A stretch of 37,435 bases of DNA from a virus (IMGVR_UViG_3300032312_002180:1-37435), one strand, 5' to 3'; shown: positions 7,529 through 17,796, numbered from the stretch's first letter. The notes: generated from the letters alone by a model not told the origin. Numbers and translations are program-made.

Positions 7529-8359
7529 ATGCCGTTTGTAACCTATTTGATTGCCCCATGTAGTGGAGGTTCTGCATTAAATGTGGACTTTGACAGTTCC
7601 TCATTACCTGTTGTTGGCGGAAATTATTATTTAACTTTTACAGGCGCAACCGGCGAAGGTTGTTATGAGATTGTTGATTCAGCAGAACCGGCAACCGGAG
7701 TAGATGTTGTTGCCACCATGTCTATAAATTATGGTGATTGCTCAACTTGTATAGCCGTCCCAACACCCACTCCAACAAGAACGGTAACACCAACCCCAAC
7801 AAGAACAGTAACACCAACCTCAACCAATACTCAAACACCAACTCAAACACCAACAAGAACAGTAACACCAACTCCAACAAGAACAGTAACACCAACTCCA
7901 TCTAATACACCAACATCAACACCAACCTTAACTCAAACTTTAACACCAACTCCGACTAGTACCCCAACTCCAACTAATACACCAACACCAACTCAAACAT
8001 TAACAAGAACAGTAACACCAACTCCATCTAATACACCAACAAGAACGGTAACACCAACTCAAACACTAACAAGAACAGTAACACCAACACCAACTACTAC
8101 ACCAACACAAACTCCAACTAATACACCTACATTAACATCAACTCCAACCCCAACTGCAACCCCAACCCCTTTTGGTGTTCTTGATGTCAACGTTCAATAT
8201 GAATATACAAATGAAATGTTAGGCTCATTCAGTGGTGGCACGTGGAATTCTTCTTTAGGAAATGCCCCACACCCAATTAGCGTAAACCAAGAAAAAAGAG
8301 TATCTGTAATCGACCTTAGTGCAATAACACTAGGTGGTTTCGGTGGTCTAAATAATTAA
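7529..8359 (+). CDS. Mucin-like Thr/Pro-repeat protein, probable virion surface protein
   Basis: 77-aa N-domain with four Cys, 137-aa [13 protein letters not shown] repeat, and a 62-aa C-domain. Confidence 0.75.
   Translation: MPFVTYLIAPCSGGSALNVDFDSSSLPVVGGNYYLTFTGATGEGCYEIVDSAEPATGVDVVATMSINYGDCSTCIAVPTPTPTRTVTPTPTRTVTPTSTNTQTPTQTPTRTVTPTPTRTVTPTPSNTPTSTPTLTQTLTPTPTSTPTPTNTPTPTQTLTRTVTPTPSNTPTRTVTPTQTLTRTVTPTPTTTPTQTPTNTPTLTSTPTPTATPTPFGVLDVNVQYEYTNEMLGSFSGGTWNSSLGNAPHPISVNQEKRVSVIDLSAITLGGFGGLNN
7760..8170 (+). repeat. Degenerate coding tandem repeat (Thr-Pro; 24-bp units such as ACACCAACTCCAACAAGAACAGTA)
   Basis: Visible in both DNA and translation. Confidence 0.9.
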
Positions 8360-8379
8360 AACTATTAAATAACTATAAA

Positions 8380-9609
8380 ATGGCAGATTTAAAACCAATA
8401 GGTAGTGAAAGATTAACAGGACAAGAGAAGCTCAAAAGAATCATGGAAATTGCCAGATACAAAGAGTCTTCTGTGTCAAATCTTAGCGAAACAAGCACAA
8501 AAGAATTTTCTATCAACTTGTCAGATGGTCTTGACTATCAGATAGTAAAAGAGAAACAAGGTTATATTATTAAAAAAACAATATCTGAATCTCAAACAGA
8601 TTATATTGAGCCAATGAAAAATAGAAAATATCTTTCATCTTACTCACAAGCATTAAAGAAGTTAAATTTAATGGCTAAGGAACTGAATCGTGTTAATGAA
8701 AACGAGGAAGGTATCAGTATGTTTGGAGAACAAAAAAAGTTTGTCCTTAAAACACCAAAACCTGCTGAGCCTGAAATGGCACCACCGGCACCTCCTGTCG
8801 AGCCTCCTGCAGTACCTGAACTAGAATTACCACCATCTCCAGAATCTGAAGCTCCTATGCCTGATATGGCACCTGACGCAGATGCTATGGGTGATGAAGG
8901 AATGGACATGGCACCTGACGCAGATGCTATGGGTGATGAAGGTATGGGAGCACCGTCAGGTGAAGAAGTAACTTTCAAAATGATTCAAAAATTGACAGGT
9001 AAACTTACACAAAAAATCAGAGAGTATGAAGGTGATAAGGGTTTGACATCCGAAAACATAAAATATGTTATTAACATGGTGTTGTCTTCACTTGATTTAG
9101 CTAATTTGTCTGAAGAAGACAAAGAAGATGTTCTCTCAAAGTTTGAGTCAGATGAGGACATGGGTGACGATAATATGAATTCAGAAGCTCCTGAAGATGA
9201 GGACATTACAAGTGATACAGAAGTTGAAGATATACAATCAAGTATGGATGTTCCTGTTGAATCTGAAATGGAAGAATCTGATTATAGCGTGGGAGCAATT
9301 ATGGATAGTATCTTCGGAGAATCTAAAGTTGATAAAGTAATTTCAAAATATTTTGAAATCAGTGATGCTGAAAAGAAATTACAAGAACAAAAAAAATCTT
9401 TAAACAAAGAAATTAAACAGAAACAATTTGCTAAGCAAGTTAATTCTATTAAAAATTTGTCAGAATCAATCGAACAAGAACTTTCTTCGAAGAAATTCTT
9501 GGAAGAGAATAAAGATTTTACTTTAATCGGTAAAACAAACAAAAAAAACTTAGTGTTTGAGAACAAAAAGGGTCAAATAAAAATAACACCTGAAGGTCTC
9601 GTAATATGA
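8380..9609 (+). CDS. Acidic Pro-rich hypothetical protein, probable prohead core or internal head protein
   Basis: Low-complexity P/E/D/M centre, many (I/L/F)-x-E sites, in the operon leading to terminase. Confidence 0.7.
   Translation: MADLKPIGSERLTGQEKLKRIMEIARYKESSVSNLSETSTKEFSINLSDGLDYQIVKEKQGYIIKKTISESQTDYIEPMKNRKYLSSYSQALKKLNLMAKELNRVNENEEGISMFGEQKKFVLKTPKPAEPEMAPPAPPVEPPAVPELELPPSPESEAPMPDMAPDADAMGDEGMDMAPDADAMGDEGMGAPSGEEVTFKMIQKLTGKLTQKIREYEGDKGLTSENIKYVINMVLSSLDLANLSEEDKEDVLSKFESDEDMGDDNMNSEAPEDEDITSDTEVEDIQSSMDVPVESEMEESDYSVGAIMDSIFGESKVDKVISKYFEISDAEKKLQEQKKSLNKEIKQKQFAKQVNSIKNLSESIEQELSSKKFLEENKDFTLIGKTNKKNLVFENKKGQIKITPEGLVI
8863..8947 (+). repeat. 42-bp coding tandem duplication (DMAPDADAMGDEGM x2)
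   Basis: ATGGCACCTGACGCAGATGCTATGGGTGATGAAGG at 8866 and 8908. Confidence 0.9.
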
Positions 9610-10001
9610 GTTATTTGATATATGTAAATGGATTAGGACCAAACTACAAAGGAGATAATATGTATGAATTCATATTTTCAGATTCTTTAGACGTTTGGGG
9701 TGAATCTTGGGAAAAAAAACCAAGTAGTTCATATCCTTCTCCACCAGAAATAAAATATATTAAAAAAGTAGGAGTTCTGAAAAACACTGATATTAAGTTA
9801 GAGTTGATTCAGAACTCCGATTTTTTTTGTATGAGCGATGCAATGGATGATATCATTGCTTTAGCTTGGGAGGGTGACGAATACAAGAACACCAAAAGAT
9901 TGGTGTTTAGATTCGGTGAAGAAGAGGGTGATATCAAAAATAAATTATATGAGAATGATTTAATTCTCGAATTCGAAAAAAAAGTTGTTTATGAAAACTA
10001 A
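9606..10001 (+). CDS. Hypothetical protein (131 aa)
   Basis: ATGA overlap with the upstream gene; operonic. Confidence 0.8.
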   Translation: MSYLIYVNGLGPNYKGDNMYEFIFSDSLDVWGESWEKKPSSSYPSPPEIKYIKKVGVLKNTDIKLELIQNSDFFCMSDAMDDIIALAWEGDEYKNTKRLVFRFGEEEGDIKNKLYENDLILEFEKKVVYEN

Positions 10002-10659
10002 TAAAAAAATTTTTACATTAATTGATGAGGGACTTTCACACAAGAGTATTTCTAAATTAACCCAATCTCAGATAGACATCTTGTTTTCAAGACTGATTTC
10101 CGAACAAGTGACTCCAGTACCTGCAAAAAAAACATACAAAGTAGGACCACAGGGTGGTAAAATAGGTAGTATATCGGTATCCCCTTCTGACCCTAACACA
10201 AAAGAAGTTATGGTCACAACTGAAGAAGAAATGTCAGAAGAAAAAAATAAAAACGATAAAAATAATCCGTGGGCTATTTGTCATAAACAACTCGGTCCAA
10301 AAAGGAACGCTAAGTTCGAGAGTTGTGTAAAACAGGTAAAAAAATCTTTGAAGGAAGGTAAGAATCCTGTATCTTTGTTTATAGAAAATAAAATCATGGA
10401 AATAGTTGAAACTAATTTACCTCCAAAAATAACAAAGAAAGATTTGGTAAAATATTTGTCTGAAGCGGAACCCGCAACAGCACCTGTGAAAGAACCTAAA
10501 ACAAAGCCAGGAACTAAACAACCACCATCACCGGTTAAAACTCCTTCACACCCTGGTAAAAATCCAAATCCAGGTGTCAAAGAAGCTCCCAAGGCCATCG
10601 ACGCTGAAAAAGCGAAGGAAAAAATAATCGATACAATAATGAAAATGTTAAAAAAATGA
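9991..10659 (+). CDS. Hypothetical protein, probable internal head protein
   Basis: ATG 9991 preferred over TTG 9985. Contains NPWAIC...ESCV, a P/K-rich tail and ISEQ/LKEG/LSEA sites. Confidence 0.75.
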   Translation: MKTNKKIFTLIDEGLSHKSISKLTQSQIDILFSRLISEQVTPVPAKKTYKVGPQGGKIGSISVSPSDPNTKEVMVTTEEEMSEEKNKNDKNNPWAICHKQLGPKRNAKFESCVKQVKKSLKEGKNPVSLFIENKIMEIVETNLPPKITKKDLVKYLSEAEPATAPVKEPKTKPGTKQPPSPVKTPSHPGKNPNPGVKEAPKAIDAEKAKEKIIDTIMKMLKK

Positions 10660-11957
10660 AAAAAATAAAAGAACAAATAGATTATGGTGGTAGACGTGAA
10701 AGAATGGACCCTAACCTTGAGAGAAAATTAAGGTCTGGTGAAGATATATATTCTTCTAATCCTGCAATGAGAAAAGGTTCTGAAGATGTACAAAGATTAG
10801 TGTCTAAAAGATTTGGTGACGTTGTTGATGCTTTGAAACAAGTCACAGGTATTGACGATTTATCCCCAAATCACGTTAAACAAATGTTAATGAGTGAGAT
10901 GATGAATGCCACTTACGATGTAATGAGACGTGAGAGTAGACACAAAGAAGAATTAAAAGAACTCGCAAAAAAAGTAAGTTTTGATGAAACTGAATTTGAT
11001 GAATCATGGGTAAATCTTGAAATGTATTTGAATGATACACCTATTGATGTTTCTAATTTTAGATATGAACCCGAAGAGGAAGAAGACGAGGATGAGGAAG
11101 AAAAACAAAATATGTCATTCCCATCGTTTGATATCGAGGATTTAACTCCACAGGAAGAACTAGAATTAGAAAAACATAAGAGAAATATTATTAACGCGCT
11201 TGTTCAAGGAGCGGCTAAAAAAGGTCACTATGTTTTCAGAAAACCCGAAGTAAAAGAAGAACTAGATTCTATTGACCCCCAACTATACCCTCTTTATAAT
11301 AAGATTATGTCAATCAATGATTTTTTCTATTTTACAATGGAACAAATGATTGAAATGATGAGTCAAACAGGGCAAGGTGTTGCAGGTAAAGTTGAATTAG
11401 ATGGTGGTGGAGATGATGAAGAGGGTGGTGAAGAGGGTGGTCAAGAAAGTGCTGACACCACAATTAAAGCTTATGGTATGATTTTTCCAATACTTTGCCA
11501 TGAGATAATAAAAGGTATTAAAGGGGTGAATGCAAGGCATGGATATCCTCAAGACACAGAAATGGCTCAAAAGGTACTTGGTCAAACTGATTTATTATCA
11601 AACGAACCAATGCAATTGAGAATTGGTCCTGGAGTTCAAGAATTACTTAGAATGGCAATGCCTGACGCAATTTTCAAACCAGAGAACAAAGGTTTGATAA
11701 ACTGGTTTGAAATGGAACTTTTCAAAATAGACGCTAAAGAATTTTTAGGTATCATGGCCGATGTAATTTCTGAAAATAAAGATAAAAATAAAAAGGCCGC
11801 TGCTAGATTCGAAGAAATCATGAAAGAAGCTCAGATACTCAAAAACGAATACGAAGAATATAAAAAACAAAAAGGTAATACTACTGATGATTCTGACGAT
11901 TTGAATGATGATGACTTTGACGATTTCCTATCTAGCATGGGTATTTCAAGAGAATAA
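10656..11957 (+). CDS. Hypothetical protein upstream of terminase (433 aa)
   Basis: ATGA overlap, begins MKKIKEQ, acidic linkers; no function recognised. Confidence 0.8.
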   Translation: MKKIKEQIDYGGRRERMDPNLERKLRSGEDIYSSNPAMRKGSEDVQRLVSKRFGDVVDALKQVTGIDDLSPNHVKQMLMSEMMNATYDVMRRESRHKEELKELAKKVSFDETEFDESWVNLEMYLNDTPIDVSNFRYEPEEEEDEDEEEKQNMSFPSFDIEDLTPQEELELEKHKRNIINALVQGAAKKGHYVFRKPEVKEELDSIDPQLYPLYNKIMSINDFFYFTMEQMIEMMSQTGQGVAGKVELDGGGDDEEGGEEGGQESADTTIKAYGMIFPILCHEIIKGIKGVNARHGYPQDTEMAQKVLGQTDLLSNEPMQLRIGPGVQELLRMAMPDAIFKPENKGLINWFEMELFKIDAKEFLGIMADVISENKDKNKKAAARFEEIMKEAQILKNEYEEYKKQKGNTTDDSDDLNDDDFDDFLSSMGISRE

Positions 11958-11962
11958 TTATT

Positions 11963-13717
11963 TTGACAAAAGAACAACTAATAATAGAAGTTACGAAGTG
12001 CATGAGAAATACTCCATATGCACTTCGTACTTATTTACAGACATACGATAATACGGTATCAAAGTACGTACCGTTAGATTTATTCCCTGACCAAGTTAGT
12101 CTGATAGAGGACTACGAAAAATTCAATGAAAATATTGCATTAAAATACAGACAGGCTGGTGTATCGACAGTTACTGCAGCTTGGGCTTCAAAAAAGTTAG
12201 TTTTTGCAAAAAAACAAAAACCTGAAAAAGTCCTGATTATTGCGAATAAATTGGATACCTCCGTTGAAATGGCTAATAAGATTAGGTCATTTACAGAACA
12301 ATGGCCATCTTGGGTTGGTGTTGGATTTTCTGTAGAAAAAAACTCACAAAGACATTTTAAATTAACTAACGACTGTGAAGTTAAGGCAGTTGCAACATCG
12401 AAAGATGCCTTGAGAGGTTATACTCCTACGATTCTTATTTTTGATGAGGCGGCGTTCATTGATGCGGACGGGGATTTTTGGTCTGCGTGTATGGCTTCAC
12501 TATCTACGGGTGGTAAAGTTATTGTAGTATCCACTCCAAACGGATATGACCCCATTTATTATGAAATTTATGACCAAGCGTTAAGAAACATGAACGACTT
12601 CAAAATATCTGAAATGTTTTGGTATCGTGACCCAAGATACACAAAAGATTTGTATATGGTTAAAACAAATGATTTGGTTCATTTTTTATTAAACAGAGAA
12701 GAATATACAACAGACGTTGTTGTTGATTTGCCTGTAGATAACCCTTACGAAAGAGACCATTCTATTGTGACAGAATATATTAAACAAGGATATAAGCCTT
12801 GTTCTGCGTGGTTTGAGGGGATGGTTAAAAAACTTAAGTATGATAGGAGAAAGGTGGCTCAAGAGTTAGAATGTAACTTTTTGGGTTCAGGTGATAATGT
12901 ATTTGAATCGGAAGTTCTTCAAAATATTGCACAAAATAGTTTACAAGAACCAGGTGCAAAACTTATGGGTGGTGCATTATGGATTTGGAAAGAACCTATA
13001 GTAGGACACAAGTATGTTATGGGTGTGGATGTCTCAAGAGGAGATTCAGAGGATTTTTCTTGTATTGAAATAATAGACTTCGATGAGAATGAACAAGTCT
13101 TAGAATACGTTGCCAAAGTCCCTCCTGACGTTGTTGCAGAGATTGCGTATAAGTGGGGAACAATGTATGATGCGTTTTGTGTTGTGGATTTGACAGGTGG
13201 AATGGGAGTTGCAACCGGAAGAAAATTACAAGAGTTGAATTACAAAGGATTATATGTTGATAATGTTGACGCTACAAATAAATGGAAGTGGGACCCAAAG
13301 ATTAACGAGAAAATACCTGGTATAAACTTCAATAATAAGCGTGTTCAAATCATTGCATCATTCGAAGAAGCGGTAAGGCATGGATTCAAAGTTAGGTCTC
13401 ACAGATTATATAACGAAATGAATACTTTCATTTATGTCAACGGAAGGCCTGACCATCAGAAAGGACATCACGATGATTGTATTATGGGAATCTCCATGGC
13501 AACGTATGTCGCCGAAAAATCCTTCCAACAACTTACTAAAAATTTAAATCAAACTAAAGCGATGATTGATTCTTGGTCGATATCCGTCAATGAAAATAAA
13601 AACTCGTCACAATTTTTTAATCCTATGATACCTCAAACAAATGATAAATCACGATACTTTCCAAATCAAGGACCTAGCAGAAGTGATTATGAAAAATATA
13701 AATGGTTGTTCCATTAG
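11963..13717 (+). CDS. terL: Terminase large subunit (T4 gp17-like)
   Basis: LFPDQ, KYRQAGVST (Walker A variant), LIFDEAAF, STPNG, QELEC, nuclease motifs GVDVSRG and HDD; TTG start. Confidence 0.95.
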   Translation: MTKEQLIIEVTKCMRNTPYALRTYLQTYDNTVSKYVPLDLFPDQVSLIEDYEKFNENIALKYRQAGVSTVTAAWASKKLVFAKKQKPEKVLIIANKLDTSVEMANKIRSFTEQWPSWVGVGFSVEKNSQRHFKLTNDCEVKAVATSKDALRGYTPTILIFDEAAFIDADGDFWSACMASLSTGGKVIVVSTPNGYDPIYYEIYDQALRNMNDFKISEMFWYRDPRYTKDLYMVKTNDLVHFLLNREEYTTDVVVDLPVDNPYERDHSIVTEYIKQGYKPCSAWFEGMVKKLKYDRRKVAQELECNFLGSGDNVFESEVLQNIAQNSLQEPGAKLMGGALWIWKEPIVGHKYVMGVDVSRGDSEDFSCIEIIDFDENEQVLEYVAKVPPDVVAEIAYKWGTMYDAFCVVDLTGGMGVATGRKLQELNYKGLYVDNVDATNKWKWDPKINEKIPGINFNNKRVQIIASFEEAVRHGFKVRSHRLYNEMNTFIYVNGRPDHQKGHHDDCIMGISMATYVAEKSFQQLTKNLNQTKAMIDSWSISVNENKNSSQFFNPMIPQTNDKSRYFPNQGPSRSDYEKYKWLFH

Positions 13718-13724
13718 ACATTAC

Positions 13725-13732
13725 TATTTATA
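13725..13732 (+). promoter_or_regulatory. Putative phage late promoter TATTTATA
   Basis: 28 nt upstream of the portal ATG. Confidence 0.6.
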
Positions 13733-13760
13733 TTATCAAGGAAAAAAGTAAAATTAGAAA

Positions 13761-15587
13761 ATGGCGGATAATAATTTAACAGTTTGGCAACGACTAGGAC
13801 AAGCATTCGGACCTAATTCATTATTGGGTCAAGATTATCCTACGTTCAAATTTGATAAAAAAGAGTTATTAAGAACTCAAGATAAAGCAACATACGAAAG
13901 AGAAAAATTACAAGCACAACAAACTTTTTACATTGCAAATCAATGGGCAAAGATTGAGAATAACCTTTATTCCCAAGCAATTTATTATGAACCGTCAAGA
14001 CTATCTGCAACCTATGACTATGAATCAATGGAGTATACTCCTGAAATTTCAGCAGCTTTGGACATTTATGCTGAAGAATCCACAACAGTAAATGAAGATG
14101 GATTTATGCTTCAGATTTATTCTGAATCAAAAAGAATTAAAGCGGTATTGGCTGATTTGTTTAATAATACATTGGATATAAATACAAATCTTCCAATGTG
14201 GACAAGAAATACCTGTAAATACGGAGACAATTTTGTCTATTTAAAACTTGACCCTGAAAAAGGAATTGTTGGTTGTCAACAATTACCAAATATTGAAATA
14301 GAAAGACATGAAGTAGGAATGATGGATAAAACTCCTGTAGTTCCAGGTAAAACTGAGGCAAAAAGACAATTAACTTTTGAGTGGAAAACAAAACAAATGG
14401 TTTTTCAAACTTGGGAAATTTCACACTTCAGATTACTCGGAGACGATAGAAAATTACCATATGGAACTTCCATGTTGGAAAAGGCAAGAAGGACTTGGAA
14501 ACAACTTCTGTTATCTGAGGATGCCATGATGATTTATAGAACATCAAGAGCACCTGAAAGAAGAGTTTTCAAAGTTTTTGTTGGAAACATGAATGATGAA
14601 GATGTGGAAGCATATGTTAACCGTGTTGCGGATAAATTCAAAAGACAACAAGTTGTTGATTCCAAAACAGGTAATGTTGATATGAGATTCAACCAAATGG
14701 CGGTTGACCAAGACTATTTCATACCAGTTAGGGACCCAGCAACACCATCTCCAATTGAAACTTTGCCAGGAGCAACGAATTTATCGGAGATTGCGGATAT
14801 AGAATATATTCAGAAAAAATTATTAACCGCCCTTAGAGTACCAAAAGCATTTTTAGGTTTTGAAGAAGTTGTTGGTGATGGTAAAAATCTTTCACTGCAA
14901 GATATTCGTTTTGCAAGAACTATCAACAGGATTCAAAAGTGTATGATTCAAGAACTTAATAAAATTGCAATCATACATCTATTTTTGTTAGGATTCGAGG
15001 ATGAGATAGATAACTTTACAATTGGTTTATCTAACCCATCAACTCAATCTGATTTGCTTAAAATTGATGTTTGGAAAGAAAAAGTTTTACTTTATAAAGA
15101 TTTGGTTTCGGACCCTGGTAATGGAATCTCGGCCACATCAGCTACATGGGCTAAGAAACATATATTTAATTTCTCCGATGATGAAATTAGGACTGATTTG
15201 TTACAACAAAGATTGGAAAAAGCTATCGGTGAAGAATTGAAACAAACCCCAACAGTAATTAGTAAAACAGGATTGTTCGATAATATTGATAAACTTTATT
15301 CTCAAGCTAGTGGAGGAACTGTATCAAATTCTGGTGAATCTTCACCTGAGTCTTTTGGAGGGTTAGAACCTTTGGGACCTGAACCTGGTATCGAGCCAGG
15401 TGGAGCTCCACCACCACCTCCGCCACCCGAAGGTGAAGCAGGAGTAACACCAGAATCTAGAATTGAAAGATTAAATATTTTGGTGGAAAATAATATATTA
15501 GAAGGTGCAAGTTTTATTAATTTGGGACAAGGTAGAGATTCTTTAGGAGAAATTGATAAAGAACTTGATAAGTTATTAAATCTGTAA
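13761..15587 (+). CDS. Portal protein (T4 gp20-like)
   Basis: PEISAALDIYAEE, EDAMMIYRTSRAPERRVFK, DYFIP, IETLPG, ALRVPKAFL, DIRFARTI. Confidence 0.95.
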   Translation: MADNNLTVWQRLGQAFGPNSLLGQDYPTFKFDKKELLRTQDKATYEREKLQAQQTFYIANQWAKIENNLYSQAIYYEPSRLSATYDYESMEYTPEISAALDIYAEESTTVNEDGFMLQIYSESKRIKAVLADLFNNTLDINTNLPMWTRNTCKYGDNFVYLKLDPEKGIVGCQQLPNIEIERHEVGMMDKTPVVPGKTEAKRQLTFEWKTKQMVFQTWEISHFRLLGDDRKLPYGTSMLEKARRTWKQLLLSEDAMMIYRTSRAPERRVFKVFVGNMNDEDVEAYVNRVADKFKRQQVVDSKTGNVDMRFNQMAVDQDYFIPVRDPATPSPIETLPGATNLSEIADIEYIQKKLLTALRVPKAFLGFEEVVGDGKNLSLQDIRFARTINRIQKCMIQELNKIAIIHLFLLGFEDEIDNFTIGLSNPSTQSDLLKIDVWKEKVLLYKDLVSDPGNGISATSATWAKKHIFNFSDDEIRTDLLQQRLEKAIGEELKQTPTVISKTGLFDNIDKLYSQASGGTVSNSGESSPESFGGLEPLGPEPGIEPGGAPPPPPPPEGEAGVTPESRIERLNILVENNILEGASFINLGQGRDSLGEIDKELDKLLNL

Positions 15588-15595
15588 TATTTATA
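15588..15595 (+). promoter_or_regulatory. Putative phage late promoter TATTTATA
   Basis: Immediately after the portal stop, 22 nt upstream of ATG 15618. Confidence 0.6.
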
Positions 15596-15617
15596 TTGAA
15601 AACAAATAAAAATTTAT

Positions 15618-16322
15618 ATGACATTCGGTTTAATAAAATCAATAATAGAGGAGAATCTCTTGGAATCTTACAAAGATGAAAAATCTTTTAAAAGAGCAAT
15701 GAATGAGTTCAAACAAAATGTTTTGAATAATAAAGACATTTCCAAAGTTTATGCTCTATATGATGAACTTTCTAAACCACAAGGTCTATCTTTAGATGAT
15801 GCAAAAGATTATCTATCAGAAGGAATTTCAGTAATTCAAAAATTACTCGAAAAAATAAAATTACCTAAAGTAATTGGAGAATCGAAGATTATTAACAAAT
15901 ACAAGTTAATTGATGATTTAATTTATCTTAATAATGTTATTAATTTATCCGAGAGAGTTGAAATAAAAAAGCAACTCATCAAAAATCTACAAGGAAAATC
16001 AAAAATTACTGAAAGTCATATAAACATTCCAATAAGTAGTATGGTTAAGATTGCAAATCAAACAATCAACAGCTACATTGATGGATTAGATGAAGAGTCA
16101 AAAAAAGAATTTTTCGAAATTATTAAAGAAGATAGTTCTACTTTAGAAAACAAATTTGTGTCCTTGAAAGAAATGGCGTTAGCTAAATTGACCCCTTTGG
16201 TTGAGATGCAAAACGACAATGATACAAAAATCAAAATTGAAGAGACAATCAAAAAAATAGAGGAAGATAATTTTAGTCAACTTAACTTCTTGAAGTTAAG
16301 AAAACTACATCAGTCTCTCTAA
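15618..16322 (+). CDS. Hypothetical helical head-module protein (234 aa)
   Basis: Between portal and protease; contains L/I-x-E sites. Confidence 0.75.
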   Translation: MTFGLIKSIIEENLLESYKDEKSFKRAMNEFKQNVLNNKDISKVYALYDELSKPQGLSLDDAKDYLSEGISVIQKLLEKIKLPKVIGESKIINKYKLIDDLIYLNNVINLSERVEIKKQLIKNLQGKSKITESHINIPISSMVKIANQTINSYIDGLDEESKKEFFEIIKEDSSTLENKFVSLKEMALAKLTPLVEMQNDNDTKIKIEETIKKIEEDNFSQLNFLKLRKLHQSL

Positions 16323-16504
16323 GAATTTTTAATCTTCTGAGTATAAATCGCCTTTAAAACCTGTTTTCTTTTTACTACAGATTTTTTTACGTACTGTTTT
16401 TTGTCAAACAATTTTTGTTGTTGTTTAGTCTTAATAACTTTTGACTTAAGTACTTTTAACGCCTTTTCGACACTATCGTTACCTTTTATTTCAATAATTA
16501 ACAT
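16319..16504 (-). CDS. rpsU: Phage-encoded 30S ribosomal protein bS21
   Basis: 61 aa, basic. MLIIEIK..SVEKALK.LK.K...YVKKSVVKR..KAIY is the Bacteroidota-type S21 pattern. Confidence 0.88.
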   Translation of the reverse strand: MLIIEIKGNDSVEKALKVLKSKVIKTKQQQKLFDKKQYVKKSVVKRKQVLKAIYTQKIKNS

Positions 16505-16534
16505 ATATTACAAATATCGCGATTTATTTAAAAC

Positions 16535-16566
16535 TTTGACTAACAAGTTATATTATGTTACATTTA
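16535..16566 (+). promoter_or_regulatory. Bacteroidota-type promoter for ORF 16597
   Basis: TTTG (16535-16538), 20 nt spacer, TACATTTA (16559-16566). Confidence 0.45.
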
Positions 16567-16596
16567 CAAAAAATAAACTAAGTAATATGAAACTGA

Positions 16597-17025
16597 ATGA
16601 AAAAAGGGAAAAGTGTGAAGATGAATCTATCAACATCGTTTAAATCTATGTATGGTACTGTAGATTCTAAAAATTTAAAATCGTTATATATAAACATACA
16701 ATCATGGGTTTCACCTAAAACAGAGTTGGATAATTGGAATAGAGTTGTTTGTAACTTAAGTAGAGAACTAAAACACACTGTGTTTGAATCAATAGATACT
16801 TCAGTATTTGTAAAAAACTCCATAGTTGATTTAGACTTGAGAACGAGCGGAATATGTTCAAGAAAAAAATCTTTTTTTAATTTAGAAATTAATCTTTTTT
16901 TAGGTAAAGAATTAGATTTCAAATCATCAGAGTTAAAAGATTCTATAAGAAGAATTGTTAGAAATATTCAAAACACCAACATATCAAACAACAACTATTT
17001 CGATTTTTCCTTAACTAAAAAGTAA
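16597..17025 (+). CDS. Hypothetical protein (142 aa)
   Basis: Clean ORF divergent from bS21. Confidence 0.75.
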   Translation: MKKGKSVKMNLSTSFKSMYGTVDSKNLKSLYINIQSWVSPKTELDNWNRVVCNLSRELKHTVFESIDTSVFVKNSIVDLDLRTSGICSRKKSFFNLEINLFLGKELDFKSSELKDSIRRIVRNIQNTNISNNNYFDFSLTKK

Positions 17026-17052
17026 AATTCCTAAACTATTGGCTAATTGAAA

Positions 17053-17060
17053 TATTTATT
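17053..17060 (+). promoter_or_regulatory. Putative phage late promoter TATTTAT
   Basis: TATTTATT 13 nt upstream of the protease ATG. Confidence 0.55.
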
Positions 17061-17073
17061 TTAAAAATAGTTA

Positions 17074-17796
17074 ATGGAAAAAAAATTAAAAATCCTTGAA
17101 GCTCATGAAGTCGGTCATGGAATTTTGATAGAGATGGATGCGGGATTTGTTTCTCCTGTCTCAGGTGAAAATTTGAAATTTATCAAAGAAGGTAAACAAT
17201 TTGATTATAGAAACCCTTTTGAATTCTACGCAGTATTACAAAAATATGATACACCAAATAGAAATGGTAGAACTTATTCTGAAAAAATATTGAAAAGAGA
17301 ATCAGAAAAATATAAAATGTTAATCGAAAAAGGTTTGGCAACATCAGAGTTAAACCATCCAGAATCATCTTTAATTGATTTAGATAGAGTATCTCATGCT
17401 ATAACTGATATATGGTGGGACAAAAATATTTTGATGGGAAAAATAAAATTGTTAACTTCTCCAGGTTTTCATGAAAGTGGAATTGTCACAACTAAAGGTG
17501 ATATTGCAGCGAATTTATTGAGACAGGGAGTAACTTTAGGAATATCATCAAGAGGGGTAGGTTCTTTAAAGAAAGTAGGAGATAGAAATGAAGTTCAAGA
17601 TGATTTCGAATTAATATGTTTTGATTTGGTTTCTTCACCATCAACTCCTGGTGCATATCTTTTTGATGATATGAATGAAAGAGATAAGTATGATGAAAAT
17701 TTAGAAGAAGAGAAAAAAATAAAACTTAGCTCAGAACCAAAAATGAACCAGTCTATTGATTTAATGAAAAAATTAACCGATTATTTATCAAAATAA
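17074..17796 (+). CDS. Prohead core protease (T4 gp21-like)
   Basis: NRNGRTY, ELNHP (His), GISSRGVG (Ser), FDLVSSPS (Asp). Confidence 0.93.
   Translation: MEKKLKILEAHEVGHGILIEMDAGFVSPVSGENLKFIKEGKQFDYRNPFEFYAVLQKYDTPNRNGRTYSEKILKRESEKYKMLIEKGLATSELNHPESSLIDLDRVSHAITDIWWDKNILMGKIKLLTSPGFHESGIVTTKGDIAANLLRQGVTLGISSRGVGSLKKVGDRNEVQDDFELICFDLVSSPSTPGAYLFDDMNERDKYDENLEEEKKIKLSSEPKMNQSIDLMKKLTDYLSK

Noticed and set aside
11490-11530. CHEIIKG as a zincin HExxH protease motif
   Set aside because: The second His is absent, so there is no support for a metalloprotease call.
12650-12810. Possible intein or intron in terminase
   Set aside because: Only a short in-frame insertion, without intein terminal motifs or an endonuclease; the ORF is uninterrupted.
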